Positions 22,868-36,720 of a stretch of DNA of 64,000 nt are shown piece by piece. The notes beneath the pieces are model-generated. The model searched no databases and had not been told where the DNA came from. It was given only the letters and a program-made list of their open reading frames with translations. A program made the translations under genes and the position numbers. Source of the stretch: Psilocybe cubensis (taxonomy: Eukaryota); assembly GCA_017499595.2 (NCBI GenBank), contig CM039000.1:2914001-2978000 (forward strand), given 5' to 3'. Each line of letters begins with the position of its first letter. Position 1 is the first letter of the stretch.

Positions 22868-25800
22868 ATGGACGGGCCACCGCCCCAGGAAGAAGATTTC
22901 ACGACACTCCCGATCTCTGAAAGACTTGCACACAAGAACTGGAAAGCACGCGTTAGTGCCTATGAATCCCTGATCAAAACTTTTGGAAATACTGCATCGG
23001 ATACCGATCCTGCATTTAAACCGTACATAAACAATGTGGATCTACTCAAGAAGTTTGCAACTGATGCCAACGCAGTCGCCCAGGAGAAGGGTGTAGAGTG
23101 TCTTGTTGCTCTGGTAAAATTCGCCGGAGAATCAGCCGCGAAAACGCGAGAAGGAGTTGTACCTGCACTCGTGGATAAGTGCTTAGGATCTACACGTGTT
23201 GGGACCAAGAATCAAGCTATCGAGCTCGTCATGCAATATGTTGAAGTTGAGAATGGAGGCGCAGGGGTAGTGGTACGTCCCTAGGTGTGGTGGTATTTTG
23301 CATGATCGACCTCATTCTTATCTTTCGAACAGGCCGACCTACTTGTTGGTCTTTCAGCCAAACAACCAAAAGCCGTGGCTGGTTGCATCTTGGCCTTAAA
23401 GGAGGTTGTGCGGTGAGCAGGTTCGCTATTATATTGTTTTCTTAACTGAAGCCCCGCCAGAAACTTTGGGGTTCAAGTTGTACCCTCCCCTCCAATATTG
23501 AAAGCCCTTCCAAAGATTTTTGCTCACTCAGATAAAACAGTTCGTGCCGAGGGTAGTAGTCTTACTACTGCCCTGTATCAGTATATTGGTCCAGGTATCG
23601 AACCTTGGTTGGCAGAGTTGAAGCCAGTGCAAGTCAAAGAGTTGAAGGATTCATTTGAGGCTTTGGAGAAGGAGGGAAAGGGCCACAAGACTTTAAAACC
23701 AGAGAAATTGACTCGTGCTCAATCCCGGGAAGTTGTCGAAGAAGGCGCAGATGAAGCCCAGGAAGAACCAGAGGGTAAGTAAGACCCCAATGTAGCCATT
23801 GAAACTGCCTTAGAACTTTATGATAGATATGGCACCTCCGGATCCCCGCACCATGGCCGAAGTTGTGGATATTACACCTAAATTACCCGCCTCTTTGCAG
23901 ACTAACTTGAAGTCATCGAAATGGAAAGAACGCAAGGAAGCACTGGACGATCTTTCCACATTACTATCCGCTACGCCTAGAATCAAAGATGCTCCAGAGC
24001 TTGCAGAGTTGTCAAAAATGCTTGCTGCATGCGTTGCAAAGGACGCCAACATTAATTGCGTAATTGTCGCAGCAACGTGTCTGACTGAACTTGCTAAAGG
24101 CATTATGTCTCCCTTCGCAAAGTACCGCGAACATGTTGTGCCTCCGATGCTGGAGCGTTTAAAGGAAAGAAAGGCCAACGTCACAGACGCAATTGGTGCA
24201 GCCCTGGATGCAGTATTCGCTACAGTCAGTGACTCATTCTTTTTCCACAGCGTGTATTCACCGTACATATAGACTACGTTGGCAGATTTAATTCCAGATT
24301 TGGATGCCGCATTCAAATCTAAGAATCCACAAGTCAAGGAAGGCACCTTGAAATTCTTAGGCCGGTCTTTGGCTTCAGCGACGACCCCTATTCCACCCGC
24401 TCAGATAAAGCCTTTAGCAGACACGTTAGCTGTTTTACTAGAAGACGGATACGAAGGTGCCCGTACAGAGGCTGCGGTTTGTTTTGGAACACTCATGAAG
24501 ATGGTTGGAGAGCGCCCATTAAATGCCACGATGGAATCCATTCCGGACCTACGGAAAGCAAAAATCAAGGAAGCCTTCGAAGCTGCTACTGTCAAATGTA
24601 AAGCAGGAGGAGCGCCACCTCGTGCCCCCGCTGCTGCTGCTGCTCCGGTCAAAAAGCCACCCACTGTAGCAAAACCTGCTCCCGTACCTAAACCTGTTGT
24701 TCAAGAAGAGGAACCTCCGCCGAAGAAAGTCGCACCACCTCCAAAACCAGCAGCCAAACCAGCAGTGAGTTGAATGCCAAATCAATTTCGTTATAATCTC
24801 ACATTCTTTTCCAGCCCCCGAAACCCGCTGCTGCGCCTGCACCTAAGAAAGCTGCTCCATCCAATGCGACCTCAAAACCAGCAGCAAAACCCGGAGCACA
24901 AGTTGCAGCGGGAAACCTTGATACCGTAAAGTATAAACATACTCCAGAAGATGCAGAGGCACTTGCTGCTGAATTGCTTCCAGGTCAGGTCCTGACCGAC
25001 CTTGGAGATGCCAACTGGAAGACAAGGTTGGCTGCTTTAGAAGAGTTAACCCCATGGATCGAAGCCGAAATCCAGACAGTGGACGCTGAAGTAGTTGTGA
25101 GGGCTTTAGCAAAGAAAGGATGGAACGAGAAGAATTTCCAAGTATGGTCCAGTTATATCCTCTCGTGACACGCATTTCTCATCCAATTTTGTCATAGGTA
25201 TCTGCGAAACTATATGGTATTTTGGCAATACTTGCCCAAGGATGTCCCTCTTTTGGGAGGTCCTGTGTTGCACTTTCTGTTCCCCATCTAACTGAAAAGT
25301 TGGGTGATTTAAAACTGAAAAAGCCTGCCGGGGATACACTTTTAGCTTTTGCAGAAAAGACATCATTGCAATTTGTCTTTAGCCAAGGTATGTCCCCATA
25401 AACCTGTTTTGTTAAATAACCATCTCATTTTTATGAAGCCTATGAACCGCTATCGAAGCAAAAGGCGCCCAAAACTTTGGCCGATTCCATTGGTTGGATG
25501 AACACGGCGCTTATAGACTTCGGCATTGCCGGGCTTTCTCTTCGGGGTTTGATAGACTTCCTGAAAGCTGCCTTGCAGAACTCCAATGCTGCAGTGCGCA
25601 CAAGTGCCACAAAGACGCTCGTTACTGTCAAAATATTCGCTGGATCAAGTAATTGCTTGCTTCTCGTTTTTCTATCCCATTCTCATAAATTCATTAGGTA
25701 TCAAGGACCTTATCGAAGATCTTAACCCCCAGCTTCTCAACACCATCACTTCTGAATTTGATAAAGTCGAGGGTCAGAGTCCACCAGAACCATGTAGGAC

Positions 25801-28800
25801 TTCTGCAGACCTAGCCAACGCTGCCCCCGAAGCATCCAAGGGTTCGAAAGCGGCGGCTTCGGATCCTCTTGACGATCTATTCCCTCGAGTTGATCTTGAT
25901 AGTTTGTTCAAGGGAACTACTATCTTAGTCGACGCAAACAGTGCTGCGTGGAAGACAAAGAAAGAAGCCCTTGAAGCCTTGCAAGGATTACTCGACCAGG
26001 GAAGCAATAAACGGCTCAAACCCAGCATGGGTAAGTTTGTTGACCAGTTGCTAATTTTCTTTGGTTAACATGTTTTTAGGCGAAATTGGGCAGATTCTGA
26101 AGGCTAGAGTCACAGATACAAACAAGGCCGTTCAAGTGTTGGCTCTCGACATTGTATCGAAGATTGCAACGGGGATGGGAAAACCCTTTGACAAGCACGC
26201 GCGACTTCTTGTTCTGCCTATTTGTACTGCTCTTTCTGATCAAAAGTCAAACATCCGAGGCGCCGCAGTACAAACCTTGACGGCTATCGCTACAGCATGC
26301 GAAAGTCTTGAACCAATGATACCCGGTATCACAACGGGAATCGAGACCCCTAATCCCCTGCAGAAAGCGACACTGCTTCAGTGGATAGTCGATTGGTTCA
26401 AAGAGAATAGCGCTCCTAGTTCCCTTGATCTACGGCCCTGGGCCCCAGCCATAGTGGCTTCTTTGGATGACCGCAGTGCCGACGTGAGAAAAGCGGCACA
26501 GGCTCTTCTCCCCTCCATCATTCAGTGTACAAGCTTTGACTTCGTTCTACAGCAAACCAATTCCTTAAAACCAGCCTCGCGGAATAGTGCTATTCCTCTC
26601 ATAAATGCCGCTCGCCCTGTCGTATCAACAACAGAGCCCACCCCGAAGCCTGCTCCCGCTCCAAAAGCTGCAGCTGTCTCCAAAGTATCTACTTCCCCTG
26701 ATCCTCCTCCTGCGAGTCCGGTTCCAGATTCTCCAGTAGCACCAACCCCAACGGAAAGTAAACCGAGTAGCAAGTTAGGTGTGCGTCGCAAACTTCCTCA
26801 AGGTCTTAGCAGGCCAGAATCTCGAGCCGAGATTGTCGAGCCAGCAACTAGAGCCATTCCCAAGAAACTCATACCACCAACATCGTCCATGAAACAGGCA
26901 ACTCAAGCTCCTCCCTCCACAGGACTGCCATTCTCTAATATGAATGTGGAAACCAAGAAATCACGGCTAGGCAAAGACGCAAGCCGCTGGATTAACGAAG
27001 GTGGCCCTACTAGAAAGGATTTGGCCGATGCCTTGCAAACCCAGATGGAACCGCATACATCTCAAGAAGTCGTGGCGAAATTGTTCAGTCATGACCATAA
27101 TGCTATCAATGACTACATTGCTGGCTTGACTACTATTGCGGATTTCTACACGGGTGCTGTAGGGGGCGATGAAAGCATTGAGAAGTTATGCATTGCCAAC
27201 CTCGATCTTCCCCTCAAATATATTTCCATCAAGGCTCACGAACCACAACCCAACCTGATCTCAAAATGTTTAGATGTGACAGAGGCGATCCTAGCTTTTT
27301 TGCGCAGTGTCAATTATCAGTTGACGGACAACGAAGCCATGTGCTTTGTACCAACTATCATTTTCAAGGTAAAGTCTTAAAAAGTTTCGCATGCGTTCGT
27401 TCACGTCATAGCTAACTTGTTTTAGCTTGGAGATGCCCGGGAGCAAGTTCGATCGCGTACACAGCAGATCATCCGAACACTACCCACTGTTTATGCATAC
27501 AGCCGAGTTTTCCAGCTGTTACTTGACCATGGTCTGAAAGCCAAGGTAGCGAAGACACGTCAGGGTACTCTAGACGAGATGTCTGCCATTCTCAAGAAAT
27601 CTGGGATGGGTGCCTGTGAGCCTGCAAAGGCTTTCCCTGCTATTGCCTCCCTTCTATCCGACAAAGATCCTCAGGTTCGAAAGTCAACCCTGGGTACTTT
27701 GAGGTTAGTGTCAATTGTGTACTTATATTATGCCTACTTATTACTTCGTTACAGCGAAGCATATATTCTTGTCGGAGAAAAAGTATGGTCCCTCGTAGGC
27801 CCACTATCTGCTAAAGACAAAACTCAACTGGAGGAAAGGTTACGCCGAGTGCCTGGACCAAGTTCTTCAAGTAAGACTGAGCCTGCAGCCATTCCCGTGC
27901 CCGCCGTGTCCCGCATAGCTGCTGCTGCTACCGCTGCTCCTAGGTCTGCCAGTCCATCTCTTGCCTCTGTATCTCGCCTTGCACGCCCTGCATCTCCTGC
28001 CAACCCTCTCAGATCAGCATCCCCCGCATTGTCTCGACCGGACTCCCCTAGTCGACGGGAACCAACCTCCACTATTTCTGCTTCCTCCGCGGCTGCCGCT
28101 CCTCCGCCATCGTCTCCTGCGAAGTCTAGACCTCGGAGTATGCTACCATCACGACTTGGTCGTCCCCGTCCTGTTGTTACCCAGCCTCCAGCAACTATGC
28201 AAATTCGTGAAGAGGTTAATTCGATACCAATACCGTCCATCCGTGATGAAGTCCCAGCCGACCACGCTGCATCATCCCCTCCCGTGTCACGATTGCGACC
28301 ACAACCTACCCCAGTTGAAGAAACCGTTCGTAACGATGCACCTGATGATATTGTTCTCGTTATTTCGACTATCATGAGCAGTGATCCGTCACGTAGTGTT
28401 GACGCTCTGAAGAAGATCCAGAAAATTCTTGCTGAAGGACCAGAAAAGGGTCCATCATTACCCCAATACCGCGAGTTGGCTGAGCACACCGAAGGTCTCA
28501 TCGAGACCATCACTTTGCAGATGGCACATATTTTTGAACATCCCAAAGATTTGGTTTTGGATGAGAATTTCCGTTTGGCCAAGCATTTGATACAAACCCT
28601 CAATAATTTTTGCGACCATACCTTCTTAGCCGAGTCGTTGACTGTCGATATCGTCACTGCCCTCTTAGAAGAGCTGACCCTCAGATTGCTTGAAACCGAC
28701 GACAGCTCTGTGAAGAAGGTGAAAGACTTGTCCCGATTCATCAACATGATCATTTTGCGTTTGTTTGCGACTGGGAGGCGAATGACAATATTCCGGTATG

Positions 28801-30042
28801 TTAATCCACTCTTGCGTTTGCTGTAGAATGTTAACGTCTACATCGCAGAGCACTTTTTGCTCTTCTCTTGCAAATTGTTAAACCATTTCCTAGCAACGGC
28901 GTCCTTCCTGATTCCAAGGAGGCAAAAGTTGCAGAGTTGGTTTTGAAATGTGTTTGGAAGCTCGCTAGAAATATTCCTCAGGATCTTGCAGAGTCATTCT
29001 TAGACCCTGTGGAATTATTCCCGGCCATCGAGCATTTCCTGCAATCCATACCACCGAATGAATGGCGGGCGCGTGCAACAAATAAAGTGCCATGTGGTGA
29101 TATGCCTTTGAGAACCATTAAAGTCATAATTCAGCATGTAGTTGGTGAGTAATGTCTATTCATGAATCCTTTATGACACTAACATATATCTCAAAAAAAG
29201 CACATTACGGTGACGATGTTTACGAGTTACTATCCGCTTCGTTCGAAGACCCATCGGCAACAATCGTTTATCCATACGTCTACAGGATTTTAAATTCAAA
29301 TTCTCGAACCAATGCCGAAAGCCAGCCACTTCGACGCAATGGGATGGCGGAATCCTATGCGACCCCAGCTTCGCCTGGGTCAAGCCGCCCAATGTCTCCC
29401 CATGAAACAGCATCATCGGTCCACTCGCATCACCGCCCTAGCAGCCATCGGACTAGCCCGACTTCTTCAGCAAATGGTGGGAATGGACTGTACTCGCCCA
29501 ACGTGGAAGAGCCTGATCCAGACGCCCAGCTGCTAGTCATCATTGGTCATATCTCGAGTGAAACGACGGGTGCACTACATAAAGAAGGAATTACTGAATT
29601 GCATCACTTCCTGAAGGCATATCCTCACAAAAAGCCTCGAGTAGACAAACTTTTGGAGAACACAGGGGCAGCGTTTAGAAAATATATCAATCGTGCGCTT
29701 GCCAGCCGGGCGGCTGAGGATCAAGAGCGAAATGTCGCAGTAGCTGATACTCTGTCAAGTAAGTTTTCTAAATATATGCAGATGCACTCCTGCGACTCAT
29801 TTTTCCCACTTTCAGAACTAGAGTACAATAGCTCAGAGTCCAAACCTTCGGACAATGCTGCTATAGGGTCACCAGAAGTCACTTCGAGAACACCTGTTCG
29901 CACAAGTGCACTGGACGGTTCAGATCAACAAGAGAGGCTGTCGAGGCTACATGATATTTTCCAGTACCGATCAAGCACCATAAGCTCAGGATCCTCGCAT
30001 GGGAGATCTCCTTCAAATGGTGTACGGACTTCTATGAGCTAG
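22868..30042 (+). CDS. STU2: XMAP215/Stu2/Alp14 TOG-domain microtubule polymerase
   Basis: Repeated TOG starts (HKNWKARVSAY, SSKWKERKEAL, DANWKTRLAAL, SAAWKTKKEAL), HEAT repeats, basic S/P-rich linkers. Confidence 0.95.
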
Positions 30043-30285
30043 TATGATACTTTACAATGTATTATTTATTTTGGTGGACGTAGGTGTCATTCATTCGCAA
30101 TACAATATAATCCAACATACGTCATTGAGCAAAATCCATATTTGGCTTTGCTTGCTTTAAACGGCCTTGGGTGCTTTGCCGATGCATGGTCACGGTTTGT
30201 CGCGTTGAAACATTCACAATTCATATGCTACTTTAACTTCCAGACATTTAATAATTCTTCCCCTCTTACTTCTCTATTTTCAACT

Positions 30286-32976
30286 ATGGCGAAGGAACCC
30301 CTTACGAAAGAGCAGGCCTTGGGCTATGATGCCGCAATGGTCTTCTGGAGGGTTATCACCCAGATATTCTTTCGCGAAGTTCGGCCTCGCGGTGCTTTCA
30401 ATATCCCAAGGGACGGCCCTGTCATATTTGTTGGTGCACCACACAATAACCAGGTACGTCGTCAAACTCTGGCGGGTGCTTCAGGATGCTGAAACCATGA
30501 GTTTAGTTTCTAGATCCGGTACTCCTCAGTCTGGAGGTCTACAAGGAAACCAACCGTCATGTGCAATTTCTTACCGCAGCGAAAAGTATGCAGAGAAAAT
30601 GGGTCGGTTTTTTCTCGAGAATGATGGAGAGTAGTAAGTGTATATTTGCTATCTCATTGTTAGGTGTATTTATGTCTTGTCCAGTTCCTGTTTCCCGTGC
30701 AGCAGATTCTGCTTCCCCGGGCACTGGACGTGTACTCCTATCTTCTGAAGATCCGTGCCTGATCATCGGTGAAGGCACTAAATTCCTTAGTGAATTTACT
30801 CCCCGCATGCAAATATTGCTCCCTAAATCTGTCAACTCTGCAATTGCTGAAGTCAGTGAAGTCATTTCCGACACACAACTACGCGTAAAAAAGGAGTTTG
30901 GTGGTGAAAGTGGCAAAGGCACAGCGCGAATTCGGGAGAAGCTCGCCGAATTACAAGGGGAAGGTATCATCGGCCTGGAATACAAGAAATTGCCGTTCGT
31001 AGACCAGCAGGACATGTATCGACACGTTTATCAATGTCTTCAAGGAGGTGGAAGCATTGGTATTTTCCCTGAAGGTAACTTTTATAATTGCACCTTGATC
31101 ACTATTCACCAATAACGCATTGAATCTTTAGGTGGCAGTCACGACCGCACCGACTTGCTCCCGCTCAAAGCTGGAGTTTCTATCATGGCTCTGGGAGCCA
31201 TGGCAAACGACCCAAATGTCCAAGTTAAGATTGTCCCTGTTGGCTTGTCATATTTCCATGCCCATCGATTCCGGTCACGAGCTGTAGTGGAATTTGGTTC
31301 GGCTTTAGATGTTCCTACGGAATATGTGGAAATGTTTAAGCAAGGCGGCACCCAGAAGAGGGAGGCCGTGTCAAAGTTCCTTGATCTTATCTACAACGGC
31401 CTGAAGACAGTCACTATTAGGGCGCCAGATTATGACACACTAATGGTACGTCATAATTTTTCTAACAAAAATTGGTTTCACGGACCACTTTGGGGCATTG
31501 TATAGCTCATCCAGGCAGTTAGACGATTGTACAAAACACCCGGTCAACATCTGACTTTAGGACAAGTAGTAGAACTAAACCGGAGACTTCTGGAAGGTTA
31601 TGTACATTTCAAAGATGAACCTCGAGTACAGAAATTGCGAGAAGACGTCTTGAAGTACAATCGCCTGGTTCGCGATCTCGGCCTTCGAGACCACCAGGTC
31701 CCTCGGGCGCAGAAAGCCAGCTGGAAGACCTTAGGGTTGCTTACATACCGCTTTTGCCTTCTCCTCATCTGGACTATCCTTGCTCTTCCCGGGACGATTT
31801 TGAATGGCCCTATCCTTATTTTGGCGTCTATTATCTCACGTCGGAAAGCAAAAGGTGCATAATGCGAATAAGTGAAATCTCACATTGCGGATTATTGACA
31901 TTTTTTTTCAGAGGCCCTTGCTGGTTCTGTCGTCAAAATTGCAGGTCGTGACGTGTTGGCCACATGGAAAATCCTGATTGCCCTGGGGGTTACCCCCGTT
32001 TTGTATGCTCTGTATGCGCTCATGGCTACAATTATTGCGATCCGTGCCAAAGCACCGCTCAAGTGGAAAATTTTGACTCCTGTCCTGGTCATTGTTGCCC
32101 TTCCATTCATGAACTACGCCGCCTTAAAGTTCGGTGAAGCCGGCATGGATGTTCTCAAGTTTGTCATTTTCTTAAAAATATCGCAAAATATGTGGCTAAC
32201 TTGTGGATCTAGATCACTACCTCCCCTTATTGTCGCCCTGATACCAGGGCAACAACGCTCACTGGATAAATTGAAAGCCATGCGTATAGACCTGTCAAAT
32301 AAAGTTGCCTCTCTTATCAACGATTTTGGACCCAAGTTGTATGATGACTTTGATCAGGTTTGTCTCAAAACGCGGTGTCGTGGATGAGAATTAATTGACA
32401 AATTTCGTCTAGGCACGCATACTCGTCCCCTCGGCAGCAGCACCTCCATCCACAGGCGTTCCGGGACTCTGGAGACGAAAGAGCAGCACTGGTGCAGTTG
32501 ATGCTCAAGGTCTCGGTCTCACACACCCTATGACTTGGATCGATGAACGCCTCTTCGGTTGGAGTCGGAGCGCGAGACGCGGAACTAGCGCCTGGGGAGG
32601 ACATGTGGACGATCTCAGCAGAATCAACACACCTGATGATTCAGACGAAGAAGATACTGGCGATTATGACAATGTCGTGGGTGTACTGGGGACAGATGAC
32701 CAACATTTGGCAGCTGTGTACAAGTCACGCAGTCGACAAAGCTCATTCGCTGATCTTCAACGGCTGAGAATGGCACCAATGACGGCGCAAAAACCAACCC
32801 AAAGGGCAGGAGATGAAGATCCTGAGGCAGCTTCTCGACTAACACATCGCACGAGAAGAGCATCCCTCTCAGATGGTGTTGCTGTGACCCGTATTGCCGC
32901 GGTTGTCCGCAAAGAGCCGTTTGAGGAGGCTACACAAGATTTGAATGCGGAGATTTCTCATTCGAAAGAGAATTAG
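30286..32976 (+). CDS. Glycerol-3-phosphate/DHAP O-acyltransferase (Sct1/Gpt2 family)
   Basis: PlsC motifs APHNNQFLDP, IGIFPEGGSHDR, IVPVGLSYFH; C-terminal TM helices. Confidence 0.93.
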
Positions 32977-33100
32977 GCATTCACTAGTCCACCAGGCCCA
33001 ACGGTCCAGGACGTAGGACGTAATATTTACATATATTCTCTCTTATGTCTGTCATGGGGTTGATAGCGGACATGACATTGGGACACGAACAATTGCATAC

Positions 33101-35110
33101 TCAGCTGCGACGATTTGTGAGTATTTCGTGGCCAGTTTCGGTAATTCTAGCTCAAAAATTAGTATGAGTTGAATAAATGGAGAAATGACGTACAATATAG
33201 TGTCCTCAAATTGAGCGCTGCGCTTTCCGTCGAGGGTAGTTGCTGTCCAATTGTCGGGCCAGTGGACATCACCCCAGTTGGTGCCCAAGTTGAGCATCTA
33301 TTACTGCCGTTAGCATCATCGTTGAAATGAATAAAAAGCACAAATCGTACAGGTTCTATTGTGAAGACCTGATAACAAAACGTCAGATTTAAATAGGAAT
33401 TTGAGGAGAATGCCTTGAGCCTACCATTCCATGCTTCATGGTCCCAACAGCTTTGTTTTTGGCATAGTGCGGTATGTTTGGAGCGGTGTGGAACAAGTCG
33501 TTGATACCATGGCCGGTGTACGTACGGACGACCGCGCAACCATTCGCGCGTGCTATTGGCTCACTAGGAAAACGGAACAAAAATAGAAAGAGCCATTCCG
33601 TGTCCATGTTTAGGTTGTGTGTCGAGAGATACGAGTGTAGAAAATAACTCTTACATTACTTTACCCAAGTCTCGGAACAGAGCTCCTGGTTTGCAGATCT
33701 TGATAGCTTCATCCAGACTCTCACGTGTAGTGCGAATTAATCGTTTCGAGTCTTCGTCTATTTCTCCGACTGGATATGTCTCGTTGAGATCACCGTGATA
33801 ACCTATCAAAGTGTAAGACAATTATTTGCCTCATGATCGGATGAACTTTATGCTGACCTTCGAAATACACCGAGACATCTACAAGAAAAAACGTTGAGCA
33901 CGTCATTGTGTGTGCACTCCTACGTAGGAGGAAAAAAATAAACCGAACCTATATTTATGATATCTCCTTCTCTCAATTTCCGCTGATCGGGTATTCCATG
34001 GCAAATGGCCTCGTTTATGGATCTACAAAAGGATGGGTGGGCAGGATAGCGCAAATGAGATATTCGGACACGAGAAAAGAAAGCATGGCGACGTGTCAAA
34101 CGGAGGAGGGGAAAAAGTTTATACGTACGTACAGACCGATTTGGGGAAGTTCCGGTATCCGAGAGGAGAAGGATACGCGTTCCTTTCAATGGTGGCGTTA
34201 TGTACGATTTCGTCTATCTCGTCAGTGGTGACGCCGGGGCGAATATGTGATGCCGCTATATCGAGGACCTCGCGTGTGAGCTGTATAGGTGACCCCGTGA
34301 GTACTTAAAGCTGGCCATGGTCCTTTTGTAGAGGTTGGAAAAGAAAAGAAAAAGATCGCTCACCCGGCAGACGGTGCGCATTTTCTCTTGTTCTTCCAGG
34401 CTGAGTATCCTAGGCGGCTGACCTGCACGAGCGATCTCCGAAAGCGGCCTCCCTGGATGCGTTGATGAGATGGCATATAGAGGCGTATTCGGTTCGAGAC
34501 AAGGGCAAACATACCGTCGGCGTCGACATAATCGGGCCTTGGGATATGCGCCGGCACCTGACGCTTGGGCGACAGCGGGTAGACCGGACGAAGCGTTCCA
34601 GTGAACGCATAATTCACAAACGGGTTGTAGGTGCCATCTGTATATGAAATTAAACGATATGTCTCGCGCTTGGGAAGCTGAAAGGATAACACAAGGTTAA
34701 AGCCTACCTGAGGCTAAATTAGCGCCGCCTGTCTTGGCTAGATCGTGAATGATTTTGTGGGTTTTCTGACATGACGTGGTTTCAGTGGATACAATTTAAA
34801 ATTTTCTTGCAGCTAGGTTGATCGCTCTAAATACTAACCCCTGCGCGTTTGGTTACCCATCAGATGGCCATTCTTCAGGTACATTATATTAGCAAATAAA
34901 TGAGCTCACATCCAGCTTTGAAACACTCTTGTCCGCAATAAAAAGAGCCCCGAATTCCCAGTCTAAAATTGCGGGAGCGGGACGAGCGCATGCTTAGTGT
35001 ACGATCCAGTCAAGAGAGAGTATGACTGACTTGTTGCACGTAGGGCATTCAAGACGCGAGGGCGGGTTCCCATTTGGGCAAGTTTTGCTTTGGCATGGAG
35101 TGGAGGCCAT
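33101..35110 (-). CDS. MAP1: Methionine aminopeptidase 1 with N-terminal zinc finger
   Basis: LECPTC...[52 protein letters not shown]. Confidence 0.95.
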
Positions 35111-35747
35111 TGGGAAATGAAAGAGGATGAAAGGGAGATGATGTATATCCAAGCGGACTGTGTTTTTGTCCAAGAAGAGGGCGGCTGCAGCGACCAGTGA
35201 TAAATGATATGTTTACCGATCACATCGGTAGTAAACAAAGGGACAATGTAACACAATGAAGTCCATTTTTGTATCATGTCATTGGACAAGAAAAATAGGA
35301 TTTTGGGTTCGAGTTTGAAAAAACTGTGGACAGGAAGGTGGCATGTACGGATAAAAATATGTCTATGGTGAGGATTACGGGGGAAGCGGCGGTATTAGAA
35401 GAAACTAGGTATTAAGAGTCGTAGTTTTTTGAGGAGGCGGGCAAAGTATATATATACACATATTGAAGAAAGTGAATGATGCATGGTTGAACAGACAAAA
35501 AATAAAAATATATGCAAGGATGAAAGGCAAAAAAATGGCGACCAAAAAGAAGAAAAAGAGGACAGCAATAAAAAGAGTCTAGAGTTGATTGGTTACAGGC
35601 GTGAGGGAATGCAGGAGTCGAAAGCGCATAGCAAAGCAATTAGGGAAGGGTAGGTATATGTAGATGAATATCATTGGCGCGCTCGGCGGTATGGCGTCGG
35701 GAGGAAAAATATGAATAATGGTTGGATGGTGGGTCGCGAAGAAACTA

Positions 35748-36362
35748 TTAGCCGACGACTTCGAGCTTGTAGGAAGCATGGGTGTCGGTGCAAGCTCTAC
35801 GCAAGGCGCGGAAATGGTCTGGACCAAAAATGTCAACGAGAGAAGCTTCGTTGGCGGTAATCCACTGAATAGGGGGCAGACCACGAGTGGTGCGGAAAAT
35901 GCCCTGGTCGAGACGCTCTTCGAAAGAGATGGTGACGACGCCAGTAAGCAGACACTGGATGAGATAGAGCATGTCATTGACAGGCGGACATATTTTTCTG
36001 ACGTTCTCGAAAATGTCGCTGTGGAAAACCATTTGCCACTGTATGCGACGCTCTGGAGAAAAAAAGCTACTGGCATGCACGGGCAGCTGGAGTTTTAAAT
36101 TTGGGCCAGCGGGGAGATTGACTGAAGAGCGCCAAATGGAGGAAGTCTCGAGAGAGAAAAGCATCCTGGCGTCCTGGGAGGGCGCCTCTGTCCAGTGGTG
36201 GTCGCGGATCAGCTGAAGCTTGAGAGCGTGCAGCCAACGATGGGCGCGTGCATAGGTCGAGCCAAGGGCGTCTGCGGTGGTGAGGGGGATGCGGGTGCGC
36301 TGAGCCCACTCATTCATGTTGGCGACGCTGCTGGAGAAGACCACTTGAGCCCTGGCCTGCAT
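35748..36362 (-). CDS. Hypothetical 204-aa intronless protein
   Basis: Uninterrupted ATG-to-stop ORF with globular composition, preceded by a pyrimidine-rich leader; no family recognised. Confidence 0.75.
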   Translation of the reverse strand: MQARAQVVFSSSVANMNEWAQRTRIPLTTADALGSTYARAHRWLHALKLQLIRDHHWTEAPSQDARMLFSLETSSIWRSSVNLPAGPNLKLQLPVHASSFFSPERRIQWQMVFHSDIFENVRKICPPVNDMLYLIQCLLTGVVTISFEERLDQGIFRTTRGLPPIQWITANEASLVDIFGPDHFRALRRACTDTHASYKLEVVG

Positions 36363-36521
36363 GGTGGTGGGGAAGAGGAGGAGGGACGGAACGGAATGGA
36401 TGGATGGATGGATAGACTAGAAGAAAAGAAGAAGCATAACAGTTTCGGGCAGGTTTTTGTAGAGTGACCCTGGCGGGATAAGAAAATAAAAGAAATATTA
36501 AAAGGGAACAAGTAGGCCGTC

Positions 36522-36547
36522 GGGCGAAAATACACGTGTATTCGCCC
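36522..36547. promoter_or_regulatory. Near-perfect 26-bp palindrome centred on CACGTG in a divergent promoter
   Basis: GGGCGAA-AA-TACACGTGTA-TTCGCCC between the hypothetical gene (-) and eIF2B-alpha (+). Confidence 0.45.
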
Positions 36548-36720
36548 CGACCACTCACTGGATCAGCATCAAGACCCCAGAAACAACTTGGCTCTCGTGC
36601 AGAGCTGCCTCTTCCCAGACCAGCCCACAGACACTCTGCTGCTCCTGCTCTGCCCCTATCCGCTATTTATCCCTCACCACTTTCCAGGTCACATGTCTCT
36701 CTTCCTCCTCCCCTACCACC

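Noticed and set aside
27824-28753. 309-aa antisense ORF
   Set aside because: Shadow frame of a long STU2 exon, with no protein features.
35300-35320. GGTTCGAGT B-box-like motif
   Set aside because: No cloverleaf or A-box, so not a tRNA.
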